From Candidatus Bilamarchaeaceae archaeon (GTDB taxonomy: Archaea; Micrarchaeota; Micrarchaeia; Anstonellales; Bilamarchaeaceae), in the NCBI GenBank assembly GCA_038851325.1, contig JAWCKZ010000001.1, positions 32,001 through 96,000 on the forward strand: a stretch of 64,000 nucleotides of DNA. The letters run 5' to 3'. The notes under the pieces were generated by a model that saw only the letters and a program-made list of their open reading frames with translations, had not been told where the DNA came from and searched no databases. How positions within the stretch are numbered: position 1 is the stretch's first letter; every line of letters starts with the position of its first letter. Positions 1-9,573 of the stretch are shown in pieces. The position numbers were made by a program, and so were the translations under genes.

Positions 1-224
1 CCCTAAAAGTTGTCAATTCTTTGAAGGATAAAGGAATAAGCTATGTGAATGTCAGAATAAGAGCCCCTGGCGGGGTTGGCTCGAAAACACCCGGTCAAGG
101 CGCGCAGGCAGTTGTTAGAACCGTCGCGAGAAACGGTCTTAGAATATTAAAGATAGAGGATGTTACTCCACTTCCAACCGATTCCATGAAAAGAAAGGGT
201 GGAAGAAGAGGAAGGAGGGTTTAG
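1..224 (+). CDS. rps11: 30S ribosomal protein S11 (5'-truncated by window edge)
   Basis: C-terminal motif [23 protein letters not shown]; lies directly upstream of RpoD. Confidence 0.95.
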   Translation, partial: LKVVNSLKDKGISYVNVRIRAPGGVGSKTPGQGAQAVVRTVARNGLRILKIEDVTPLPTDSMKRKGGRRGRRV

Positions 225-800
225 ATGAATATTTCCCTTATAAAAAAGCATGAAAACAGAATAGAGTTCAGCGTTAAGGATATCTCGCCATATTTTGCGA
301 ATTTGATACGGCGTTACGCAATGGCGCGCGTGCCAGTTCTTGCGATTGACAAGATAATTGTGTATGAAAATACAAGCGCGTTTTGGGATGAATATATAGC
401 GCATCGTATCGGCCTCATGCCTGTAGTTACACCAGAAAAGCTTCCTAAAAATACTGAGATATCGTTTTATTTAGAATTCGAAGGACCTGGCGTTGCTTAC
501 AGCAAAGATCTCAAGTGCACGGATGCTGATATAAGAATAGCGAAGGATAATATCCCGATAATCACGCTTAACGAAAAACAGAGAATAAAACTAGAGGGAA
601 AAACAGTGCTCGGGAGGGGAACAAGACATGCAAAATTTCAGGCCGGCCTTGTAAGTTACGGAATAAAGGATACTGGCGAGTACAACTTCTTTGTAGAGAG
701 TTTTTATCAGATGGAGCCAGCTGAAGTGATTCTTAGAGGTTGCGAAGAAGCTCTTACCGAAATTGAAGAACTTAAGAAAGGATTGAAGGCAAAGGATTGA
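225..800 (+). CDS. rpoD: DNA-directed RNA polymerase subunit D (short form)
   Basis: ANLIRR...VPVLAID...NTSAFWDEYIAHRIGLMP and HAKFQ motifs; canonical position after S11. Confidence 0.93.
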   Translation: MNISLIKKHENRIEFSVKDISPYFANLIRRYAMARVPVLAIDKIIVYENTSAFWDEYIAHRIGLMPVVTPEKLPKNTEISFYLEFEGPGVAYSKDLKCTDADIRIAKDNIPIITLNEKQRIKLEGKTVLGRGTRHAKFQAGLVSYGIKDTGEYNFFVESFYQMEPAEVILRGCEEALTEIEELKKGLKAKD

Positions 801-877
801 ACCGTTTTTATGAGCGCGACTGTAGTGAGCGATGATTCGTTCATGTGTAATGTTATTAACCTGCAATAACTGCTTAC

Positions 878-1018
878 GCAGGGGTGCCGGAGCCTGGACA
901 GGCGTATCAAAGAGCCCCGGAAAAACGGGTACGGTTGAGGGCCGTATGGCTTAACGATTTCCAATGAAGTTTGGAGTCGGGCTAGGTGCCTGCAAGCGTT
1001 CAAATCGCTTCCCCTGCA
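878..1018 (+). tRNA. tRNA-Leu(GAG) with two non-canonical introns (900-922 in D-loop; 954-985 in variable arm)
   Basis: Acceptor GCAGGGG/CCCCTGC, anticodon arm TACGG-TTGAGGG-CCGTA, T arm AAGCG-TTCAAAT-CGCTT; both inserts form BHB motifs. Confidence 0.9.
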
Positions 1019-1070
1019 CATCTGTTCTATTATTTAAAAATGTTAATGAAATAACATTTACATTTCCAAT

Positions 1071-1107
1071 GGGGAAGTGAGCCAACCTGGTAACGCTGAG
1101 CGCCAGA
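1071..1107 (+). other. tRNA-like 5' half (Trp-like) without a recognisable 3' half
   Basis: GGGGAAG-TG-AGC-CAACCTGGTAAC-GCT-G looks like acceptor strand plus D arm; TTTAAAAA box at 1033-1040. Confidence 0.4.
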
Positions 1108-1116
1108 GTGCTGTCA

Positions 1117-1288
1117 GCTTTGGGTGAACCTTTTGGCTTAATGTTTTCTTAGGGCAAAAGGTTCCCAAAACCCTAAGGAGAACTCAGGTTCCTCATAGGG
1201 ATTCTCTAAGGGAGGGGATCAGGAGGAGCCTCAAACTGAGGGGAACCGTAGGTTCCCTGCGGTTCGGGCAAAAGGTTCCCAAAACCCT
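1117..1288. repeat. Palindromic/direct repeat cluster
   Basis: GGGCAAAAGGTTCCCAAAACCCT at 1152-1174 and 1266-1288, imperfect inverted copy at about 1117-1139, hairpin GGGAACC-GTA-GGTTCCC at 1241-1257. Confidence 0.75.
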
Positions 1289-1380
1289 GAGATAAAAAAG
1301 GTGTTATGGATTCGCTTTTTGACGAACGAACTATCGATAGTTTTTAAAACAATTCTTTAGGAAGTAGAGCGGTTGGTTTT

Positions 1381-3180
1381 ATGAAATTAACGTTTAGAAT
1401 AGGCGCTCAAGCAGGCGCTGGCGTGATGGTAACAGGCAGAATGCTCGGGAGATGTTTTACGCGAGGAGGGTATAATGTTTTAGCCTATCCGGAGTATCCA
1501 TCTTTAATTCGCGGTGGGCACAATGTCTATCAAGTAATAATAAGCGACGATAGCGCGCTATCTCCAGAGACAAAATGCGATGTCCTTCTCGCGCTGAATA
1601 AGGATGCGATATTTTATCACAAGGATGCGGTAAGGGATAATGGAATTATAATATATGACAAAGCGATAGATGTAAGCCAGTTCAAAATAAAAGACGGAAT
1701 AACGTTAACAGCGCTGCCTATAGCAGAACTGCTCGCAAAAATAGGAGCAAATGTGCTCATGGCAAATGCGCTCCAGATAGGAGCTGCGCTTGCGGCCATT
1801 GATTATCCGCTTGAAGTGTTCGAAGCAGTTCTAAAAGATGAGTTTGAACGAAAGGGCGAAGCGGTTGTAAAACAAAACATCGCAGTTGCGCGTGCAGGAT
1901 ATGAATACATACGTTCAACAGTGCGTGCAAATAAAAGCGTAAAACCGCTTAGTAAAAAGAAAAAGATTTTCCTCACAGGAAACGAAGCGATAGCGCTCGG
2001 TGCAGTCTCGTCCGGAATGAAATTTTATGCGGCCTATCCCATGACACCTGCAAGTAGCATTCTCCATTATCTCTGCGAGAAAGAAAGAGAGTTTGGAATA
2101 ATCGTAAAACAAACAGAGGATGAGATATCGGCTGTTAATGAAGCTGTTGGCGCATCTTTTGCTGGTGTTCGCGCAGCAACAGGAACATCCGGTGGTGGTT
2201 TCGCGCTGAAAACAGAGACTGTAGGTCTAGCAGGAATGTCTGAAACCCCGCTCGTAATTTTTTTAGCACAACGAATAGGACCAAGCACTGGAATGCCCAC
2301 CTGGACAGAGCAGGCAGATCTGCGTTTTGCGCTTCATTCCGGCCAAGGAGATTTCTTGCGCATTCTTCTTGCGCCAGGAGACGTAAATGAGGCATTTGAG
2401 CTAGCCGGAGAAGCGTTTAATCTGGCAGAGAAATACCAACTTCCTGTAATCCTTCTGACAGACAAATTCCTTTCCGAGAGTATTTTTACTACTGAGGGTT
2501 TTAAAGAAATACAGATAGAGCGCGGTAAGATAGTGAAAAATATCCCGAGATTGCCACCTGAAGGTAGATACAAAAGATACGCTATAACTGGAGATGGTGT
2601 TTCACCGAGACCGCTACCTGGGACACCAAACGGTATGCACGTCGCAAGCTCATATGAGCATAACGAAATTGGCTTCAGTACCGAACTATTTTCCGAGAGA
2701 AAAGCACAGGTAGATAAAAGAGCAAAGAAGCTAAAACATATTCTCAGAGATATCCCTCCCCCAAAAACCTATGGAAAAGAGAGCGCGGATGCTACGATTG
2801 TTGCATGGGGTTCTATGAAGATGCCTGCGCTTGCTGCGATTCAACGTTTGAGGGAGAGTGGTAAAGAGGTAAATCTTATCCATTTCTCATATATTTTCCC
2901 CATTGAGAGTAAAGTTGTAAGAAGAATGTTTAAAAAAGCGAATAAAACTATTCTTATAGAAAATAATTCAACTGCGCAGTTTGGCGGCCTGCTTGCTGAA
3001 TATTGCAAATGGAAACCTAATTTTACGATATTGAAATACACAGGAAGGCCGATTTATGCAGAGGAAATTATTGAGGAGGTGAATAAATTGATTGACTCTG
3101 GCTTCAGAGGAAAAAAAGTAGTAAGATTGCTTGACAAGGAAGACCTTGAATACTACAATACACAAAGATATGGTTTGTAA
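1381..3180 (+). CDS. korA: 2-oxoacid:ferredoxin oxidoreductase subunit alpha (gamma-alpha fusion)
   Basis: GxAGxGV N-terminus, YPSLIRGG, GNEA, YPMTP, EDE, TSGGG motifs; substrate specificity not assignable. Confidence 0.92.
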   Translation: MKLTFRIGAQAGAGVMVTGRMLGRCFTRGGYNVLAYPEYPSLIRGGHNVYQVIISDDSALSPETKCDVLLALNKDAIFYHKDAVRDNGIIIYDKAIDVSQFKIKDGITLTALPIAELLAKIGANVLMANALQIGAALAAIDYPLEVFEAVLKDEFERKGEAVVKQNIAVARAGYEYIRSTVRANKSVKPLSKKKKIFLTGNEAIALGAVSSGMKFYAAYPMTPASSILHYLCEKEREFGIIVKQTEDEISAVNEAVGASFAGVRAATGTSGGGFALKTETVGLAGMSETPLVIFLAQRIGPSTGMPTWTEQADLRFALHSGQGDFLRILLAPGDVNEAFELAGEAFNLAEKYQLPVILLTDKFLSESIFTTEGFKEIQIERGKIVKNIPRLPPEGRYKRYAITGDGVSPRPLPGTPNGMHVASSYEHNEIGFSTELFSERKAQVDKRAKKLKHILRDIPPPKTYGKESADATIVAWGSMKMPALAAIQRLRESGKEVNLIHFSYIFPIESKVVRRMFKKANKTILIENNSTAQFGGLLAEYCKWKPNFTILKYTGRPIYAEEIIEEVNKLIDSGFRGKKVVRLLDKEDLEYYNTQRYGL

Positions 3181-3183
3181 GAG

Positions 3184-4062
3184 ATGATCGCGATGACGGT
3201 AACGATAAATGATTTTAATACAAAGGAAAGGCCGCAATGGTGCCCCGGCTGCGGTAATTATGCGCTTCTTACGGCGCTGAAAGGTGCGCTAGCAGAGCTT
3301 GGCAGACTTCCGCACGAGGTTGTAATAGTAAGCGGGATAGGATGCAGTGGAAAGGTTCCGCATTATTTGAATACCTATGGGTTTGAGGGACTCCATGGGA
3401 GGCCGGTCCCTGTAGCCTCTGCCATAAAGATGGTAAATCCGAGATTAACTGTGATCGCAGAGGGAGGCGACGGAGATGGGTACCAAGAAGGAATACAACA
3501 CTTCCTCCATGTCATGAGGAGAAATCATGATATAACATATATTGTTCATGACAACCAAATCTATGGCTTAACAACAGGGCAAGCATCCTCAACTTCGCTC
3601 CAAGGCATGAAAACGAAGACAACACCGTGGGGCGTAATAGAAATCCCTTTCAATCCCATCCTTGCTGCGATAGACTGCGGCGCGACCTATGTTGCAAGAG
3701 GATTTTCAGGAGAACCACAACATCTTAAAGAGCTAATAAAAGGGGCTATAACACATAAGGGCTTTGCTCTTGTTGATGTTTTCCAGCCGTGCGTAACATT
3801 TAACAAACTGAATACGTATGAGTGGTTCAGGGAACGGATATACAAGCTCGAGGAAACTGGGCACAACCCGAAAGACAAGAAAGCCGCACGTGAGAAGGCG
3901 GAAGAGGATTGTGCAACTGATTACAAAAAAGTACCTATTGGCTTATTCTACAAGGAAGAAAGACCTACTTACGAGGACCAGCTTCCACAGGTGAAGGACA
4001 TGCCGCTTGTGGAGAAGAAGCTGGATGTCGATCTAACAAAAGAGCTGGAAAGACTTTCGTAA
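3184..4062 (+). CDS. korB: 2-oxoacid:ferredoxin oxidoreductase subunit beta
   Basis: WCPGCG, SGIGCS, GDGD...DNQIYGLTTGQ TPP-binding motif, PCVTFN. Confidence 0.93.
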   Translation: MIAMTVTINDFNTKERPQWCPGCGNYALLTALKGALAELGRLPHEVVIVSGIGCSGKVPHYLNTYGFEGLHGRPVPVASAIKMVNPRLTVIAEGGDGDGYQEGIQHFLHVMRRNHDITYIVHDNQIYGLTTGQASSTSLQGMKTKTTPWGVIEIPFNPILAAIDCGATYVARGFSGEPQHLKELIKGAITHKGFALVDVFQPCVTFNKLNTYEWFRERIYKLEETGHNPKDKKAAREKAEEDCATDYKKVPIGLFYKEERPTYEDQLPQVKDMPLVEKKLDVDLTKELERLS

Positions 4063-4101
4063 TAAACCCAGAGAAAATGAAAGAATGAAAAAAGAAGAAA
4101 T

Positions 4102-4545
4102 TTACTTCTTCATCGCGCCCGCGATAAGGTGGCCGACCACTGCGATTGCCGCACCGATCACCATCCCCACAACGATGCCGATTATTGACGCGACAACCCC
4201 CAATCCTGCGCTAATGGCGCCTCCTGTAAGGTCACCGCCTGTTGCCACGTTCACCCCAATGCCAAGCATGGTTGCAGCAAGCGAGATTATCATGCCGATA
4301 ATTCCAGAGACAAGAGCGGTAAGCGCGCCCATTACTGCGCTGTCGATTATCTCAAGGCCTCCCTTCGCAATGAGGTAGCCGATATAGGCATACAAAATGA
4401 TGTCAGCGATAAGCAGTGGAACTCCGAGAATGCACATAAGCATATTCAAAATTGGAACCACGCTTATCAACGACGCCAACAGTCCAAGCCCAATAATAAC
4501 CAAGACGGGCAGTTTTGCCAATCCGAACGCTTTTCCTATATTCAT
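4102..4545 (-). CDS. Small multi-pass membrane protein, unknown function
   Basis: About 4 hydrophobic Gly/Ala/Ile-rich segments. Confidence 0.7.
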   Translation of the reverse strand: MNIGKAFGLAKLPVLVIIGLGLLASLISVVPILNMLMCILGVPLLIADIILYAYIGYLIAKGGLEIIDSAVMGALTALVSGIIGMIISLAATMLGIGVNVATGGDLTGGAISAGLGVVASIIGIVVGMVIGAAIAVVGHLIAGAMKK

Positions 4546-4683
4546 GATATCACAGAGTAACATCTGCGAAGGTATTTAAAAATCATTCGTCTCCAGAAAA
4601 AAAGTCGTTGTTTGTCGTAATCATTCGGCAAAATCGCTATGTTTTTAAGCACATCCAAGCAATTTCAAGCTCGGGTAATTTTC

Positions 4684-5844
4684 ATGAGAAGAGTCGCAAT
4701 AATAGGAGCAGGAATGACAAAATTTGGGGAACACTGGGAAAAAGGCTTTCGCGATCTGGTCGTAGAGGCAGGAATAAAGGCACTCACAGATGCGGGAATA
4801 GTTGGAGAAAAGGTGGACGCTGGATATGTAGGAACTATGGCTTCTGGAACGCTGATAGGGCAAGAGCATATCGGTGCTCTGCTTGCGGACTACATGGGTC
4901 TTAACCCGATACCAATAACTCGTGTCGAAGGTGCATGCGCTTCTGGTGCTCTTGCACTTCGTCAGGGATTTCTCGCAGTCGCATCCGGAATGCATGATAT
5001 AGTAGTCGTGGGCGGCGTAGAAAAAATGACTGACCTAGGAACCGCTGAGGTAAGCGACGCACTCGGTGGCGCAGGGGACCAAGAGTGGGAGCTTTTCATG
5101 GGGGCTACATTTCCAGGTTTATACGCGCTTATGGCAAGAAGACATATGATAGAGTATGGAACAACATCTGATATGCTGGCTTCTGTGGCGGTAAAAAATC
5201 ACAAACATGGAGCGAAAAATCCATACGCTCAATATCAAGACGAAATAACGATAGAAACTGTGCTCAACTCAAAGATTGTAGCCGATCCGCTTCACGTATT
5301 TGATTGCTCTCCAATAACAGATGGAGCAGCAGGGGTTGTTCTTGCTCCGCTGGAAATAGCTGAAAGTTACACGAAAAAACCAATTGAAATAATAGGAAGC
5401 GCGCACGCAAGCGACACAATAGCGCTCAACAATAGAAAAAGCATAACTGAAATAGCAGCAACGAGGATAGCGGCTGAAAAAGCGTACAGAATGGCCAGAA
5501 TAAAACCAACTGATGTGGACGTCGCGGAGGTCCACGACTGCTTTACAATAGCCGAGATAATGGCAATCGAAGACCTTGGCTTTTTCAAAAAAGGCGAAGG
5601 CGGAAGAGCGTCGCTTGAAGGAAGGACCACTTTCGGCGGCGATGTTGTTATAAACACAAGCGGCGGACTAAAGGCAGCTGGCCACCCTGTCGGCGCTACC
5701 GGTGTGAAACAAGCTGTTGAGATATCATGGCAGCTTCGCGGTGAGGCAGAGGGAAGGCAAGTGAGCGGCGCTGAGATAGGCCTCAGCCAGAATGTTGGCG
5801 GCTCTGGTGCAACCGCTGTTGTGCATATATATAAAAGAGTATGA
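4684..5844 (+). CDS. Acetyl-CoA C-acetyltransferase (archaeal thiolase)
   Basis: [35 protein letters not shown] motifs. Confidence 0.92.
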   Translation: MRRVAIIGAGMTKFGEHWEKGFRDLVVEAGIKALTDAGIVGEKVDAGYVGTMASGTLIGQEHIGALLADYMGLNPIPITRVEGACASGALALRQGFLAVASGMHDIVVVGGVEKMTDLGTAEVSDALGGAGDQEWELFMGATFPGLYALMARRHMIEYGTTSDMLASVAVKNHKHGAKNPYAQYQDEITIETVLNSKIVADPLHVFDCSPITDGAAGVVLAPLEIAESYTKKPIEIIGSAHASDTIALNNRKSITEIAATRIAAEKAYRMARIKPTDVDVAEVHDCFTIAEIMAIEDLGFFKKGEGGRASLEGRTTFGGDVVINTSGGLKAAGHPVGATGVKQAVEISWQLRGEAEGRQVSGAEIGLSQNVGGSGATAVVHIYKRV

Positions 5845-5883
5845 TATACAAAGCGAACGAGAATGAATAAAGGAGTTGATTGA

Positions 5884-7746
5884 ATGAGAATTCTCACCGT
5901 TCACGCAGATTTTATAGAGGTAGAGGCACTTAAAAAAGCAATCTCTGATGCAGAAGAAATAAAAGAGAAGGGAAAGAAGCGCTATGAGGAAGTGTTGGTT
6001 GTTTTTACAGCAGTCGAGGCTGGCGATGAGGATATCAACGGAAGCGCGCTTGCGCTCGCAGATGAAGCTGCCGCAGTTGCAGACCAGGTAAAAACAAATA
6101 GAATACTCCTATATCCATTAGTTCATCTTACATCAAAGCCTTCTGCGCCCAGAGTAGCAAAAGCGGTTGTTGCGAAGGCAGAGGAAGAACTTAAAAAACG
6201 AGGATATGACGCAAGTCATTCACCATTTGGATGGTATAAAGGTTATACTCTAAAATGCAAAGGCCATCCACTTAGCGAACTTTCGCGTGAATTTGGCGCA
6301 AGACGCGCTGTTGAAAAGAAGGAAGAGGTTTCAGAGAGTCTGAAAAAAGAGGCTGTCCTAAAAAGTAGATTCTACATCATGGATCTAGATGGAAAGCTGC
6401 ATGAAATAGAGAAGTTTGATTTCACGAAATATGAAAACCTAAGAAAATTCGCAGCATACGAGACAAAAAAGGTGCGCGCCTATGAGCATGAGCCGCCGCA
6501 CATAAAGATAATGAAAGAGCATAGTCTAATCGACTTTGAACCTGGAAGCGATCCAGGTAATTTTAGATACCTCCCAAAAGGAAAGCTCATAAAAAAACTC
6601 CTTGAAAAAAGAATAACAGATATCTGTGTTAATGAATGTGGTGCTCTTGAAGTCGAGACACCTATAATGTACGATTTCGAGCACCCAGCACTCAAAAAAT
6701 ATCTTAACAGATTTCCTGCAAGACAATACATCGTATTAAGCGAAGAAAAAAAACTCTTTCTGCGATTTGCTGCATGCTTCGGTCAGTTTCTCATAGCTCA
6801 TGATATGGTTATCTCTTACAAGCAACTTCCGCTCAAGATGTATGAACTTACGCGCTATTCATTTAGACGAGAACAAAGTGGAGAATTGGCTGGCCTGAAG
6901 CGCTTGCGTGCCTTTACCATGCCGGATATGCATACACTCGCTGCTGATATGGACCAGGCAAAGGAAGAGTTTGAAAAGCAGTTTGAAGTAGGGCTGGAAT
7001 GGATAAAAGGACTCGGACTCGACGCTGAGGTCGGCTTTAGGATACAGGAGGATTTTTTTAACGAAAACAAAGAGTGGTATATAAGAATGGTTAGGAAATT
7101 TGGAAGGCCTATATTAGTCGAGATGTTCAAAGAACGGTATGCCTATTTCATAACTAAATTTGAGTTTAACTTCGTAGACTCGATGGCAAAGGCGAGCGCT
7201 CTTACCACCGTCCAGATTGATGTGGAAAACGCAGAGACTTATGATATAAATTACGTTGACAAAGACGGGCAGAAGAAAAAACCGCTTATTCTTCACGCCT
7301 CTTTAAGCGGTAGCATCGAGCGCGTTATATACGCTCTACTTGAAAATGAAGCGATGAAGATGGCCAGCGGTAAGAAGGCAATGCTTCCCGTATGGCTCTC
7401 TCCGACGCAGATTAGGATTATACCAGTAAGCGAAGGCCAACTCGAGTACTCAAAGAAAATCATGCAAAAGATGGACGCCCACTGCGTGCGTGTTGATATA
7501 GACGATAGAAACGACACCTTGGGAAAGAAAATAAGAGAAGCACAGAAGGATTGGATTCCTTACATCGCTGTCATAGGCGAAAAGGAAACAAAAACCGGAA
7601 AACTTTCTGTAACGGTAAGAGCCGACGATAAAAAAATTGAAGTTACACCTGAAGAGCTCATAAAGATTATAGAGAGGGAGACTGCTGGAAAGCCATTTGA
7701 GAAACTCTCACTACCAAAAAAGCTTAGTGCGAGACCGATCATCTAA
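5884..7746 (+). CDS. thrS: Threonine--tRNA ligase, archaeal type with N-terminal editing domain
   Basis: YPxxHL and PFGWYK...CKGHPLSE editing domain; LRFAACFG, FRREQ, GSIER. Confidence 0.95.
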   Translation: MRILTVHADFIEVEALKKAISDAEEIKEKGKKRYEEVLVVFTAVEAGDEDINGSALALADEAAAVADQVKTNRILLYPLVHLTSKPSAPRVAKAVVAKAEEELKKRGYDASHSPFGWYKGYTLKCKGHPLSELSREFGARRAVEKKEEVSESLKKEAVLKSRFYIMDLDGKLHEIEKFDFTKYENLRKFAAYETKKVRAYEHEPPHIKIMKEHSLIDFEPGSDPGNFRYLPKGKLIKKLLEKRITDICVNECGALEVETPIMYDFEHPALKKYLNRFPARQYIVLSEEKKLFLRFAACFGQFLIAHDMVISYKQLPLKMYELTRYSFRREQSGELAGLKRLRAFTMPDMHTLAADMDQAKEEFEKQFEVGLEWIKGLGLDAEVGFRIQEDFFNENKEWYIRMVRKFGRPILVEMFKERYAYFITKFEFNFVDSMAKASALTTVQIDVENAETYDINYVDKDGQKKKPLILHASLSGSIERVIYALLENEAMKMASGKKAMLPVWLSPTQIRIIPVSEGQLEYSKKIMQKMDAHCVRVDIDDRNDTLGKKIREAQKDWIPYIAVIGEKETKTGKLSVTVRADDKKIEVTPEELIKIIERETAGKPFEKLSLPKKLSARPII

Positions 7747-7779
7747 AACTATTTAAAATTAAGCAAAGTATGATAGCGC

Positions 7780-9573
7780 ATGCCTGATTTTAGAACCGTG
7801 GTGCCTTTACAATTTAGAAACTTTGATGCGCAAAAAACGAAACAGGTAAGCAGACCACATTTCGATGGTGGTGCGCCTCTGATGGAATTTACTATTAGGC
7901 TCAGAAATAGATTTGGGGAGGAGAGAAAACTTTCTGGGCTTGTGCCAGAAGGCGCACGAAGAAATCAAGCAATAGAAATGGTTATAAGACAGCATGGAGG
8001 CGACTGCATAGTCAAACGGGGCGGGTTTGATCCTATAAACCAGATAGACCTTTCAGAATTCACATGGATAACACATATCACCCTCAGCGACGGTTTCACA
8101 ATGTCTGATTGGATCCAGATAAGAAATAGAAATGGCGAATTTGAAATAGGAAAAAGCAACGGAAGGTCGTGGTGGGAGAACGGAGACACAAAAAGGGCGA
8201 ATAGAAAAGAAAATGAAATCATGCTGACTGAAGATTTTGGCATACGCAATGAGTTGCCTACAACAAGAGATGTAATATACGGTAGGACGGCGTTACAGGG
8301 TTGCGGCGGGGTAGCAACCAAGGATGAGATAGAAGCTGCAAAATTAGCTGCAAAGTTTGATATCGCAAGAGAGAACTACGCAGTGAATTTAGATCTAGGA
8401 GAGATAAAATTAATAGAAAATAATAGGAGTGAAAAAATTGAAAGCGAGTACGCCGTGCGGTATGGAACGCACACAATAGAACGTGAAGAGATTGCACCGC
8501 TGACTCTTTTTACCGTGTTCCATCCAAATGAAATGAAAGCGGTAGATTTGTTTTATTACGCAAATCAACTCTACCAAGAGAATCTTGCGAACGCAATCCC
8601 AATCGCTATTAAGAAGAAGATGGAAGACGAAGAAGAAATAATAACATTCGCGAATAGAGAACAAAACAAATCTTTTCATCCATCCCAGCAAGTAATTGGG
8701 CCGAGCGAACAGGTGGTCAGAAACGCCAACAAAAAAACCAGACAAAAAGAAACCTCTGAAAAACAAAAAGAGACCATACTAATAGAGACCATACTAATGC
8801 GGCTACTCTTTAATCCAGTTGAGAGAAGGCTTTACGGCAAACTTTACGGTCTTCCATCTGAAGAGAACGAGGGAGAGCAAAATAAAGAAAAAACAAGAAC
8901 GCCGCAGATGCCACCAAAAACACTAAAACCAGATTTGAAAGTTTCGTTAAAAGAAAGACAAACAGTAAGGATAAGGTTGAAGCAAAAGGATTACGAAAAG
9001 AAAATAACGTGTGACGAAAGAGTAGCCGTGAACGAGATCCCACAAGGGACAAACAAACTATTTCATAAGGTCGTTTACGACAAACCTTTCGTAACAGATG
9101 CTACAAGGAAAAGAAATAGAAGTGAGAGAGACGTGATTGGAATTGTACGCAAAGGAGATGTATGCCGACAAGGCAAATCCTGGACTCACGAAAGCAATTC
9201 ACGGGAAAAAACTGGTGAAAAGGTAAAAAAACAAAAAAGCGAGAAAAAGATGGGTATACATAAGGAAGTGTTCGCTCTAAAAATGCGGGGAAGCAGAAAA
9301 AAGTATGGAGAAAAAAGAAGAGAAAAGGACAAAACAAAGAAAACAGACTCTTTAATTGGTTTATTACCAATCAAAAAGCCTCAGTCACTGAAGAACCAGG
9401 GAAGGAAATTAAAAATAAACGCAGCGAGCGTCAAGTACATAAAGGCCTTCACAACTCTTTTATCAGATACGTTCAATTCTAATATTCTGTATCCGTCAAA
9501 GAATGGGAGGGGAAGAAGATTCACTGTGGCAACAACAAAATTGATTGAAAATGTTAGACCAAGAAAAGAATAA
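7780..9573 (+). CDS. Hypothetical protein with Lys/Arg-rich low-complexity C-terminus
   Basis: 597-aa ORF behind a TTTAAAA box; 3' end overlaps the opposite-strand peptidase. Confidence 0.65.
   Translation: MPDFRTVVPLQFRNFDAQKTKQVSRPHFDGGAPLMEFTIRLRNRFGEERKLSGLVPEGARRNQAIEMVIRQHGGDCIVKRGGFDPINQIDLSEFTWITHITLSDGFTMSDWIQIRNRNGEFEIGKSNGRSWWENGDTKRANRKENEIMLTEDFGIRNELPTTRDVIYGRTALQGCGGVATKDEIEAAKLAAKFDIARENYAVNLDLGEIKLIENNRSEKIESEYAVRYGTHTIEREEIAPLTLFTVFHPNEMKAVDLFYYANQLYQENLANAIPIAIKKKMEDEEEIITFANREQNKSFHPSQQVIGPSEQVVRNANKKTRQKETSEKQKETILIETILMRLLFNPVERRLYGKLYGLPSEENEGEQNKEKTRTPQMPPKTLKPDLKVSLKERQTVRIRLKQKDYEKKITCDERVAVNEIPQGTNKLFHKVVYDKPFVTDATRKRNRSERDVIGIVRKGDVCRQGKSWTHESNSREKTGEKVKKQKSEKKMGIHKEVFALKMRGSRKKYGEKRREKDKTKKTDSLIGLLPIKKPQSLKNQGRKLKINAASVKYIKAFTTLLSDTFNSNILYPSKNGRGRRFTVATTKLIENVRPRKE

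Noticed and set aside
1071..1290. SRP RNA, 5S rRNA or RNase P RNA
   Set aside because: Lacks the SRP helix-8 motif, 5S motifs and P4 strands; the real RNase P RNA is at 48486-48691.
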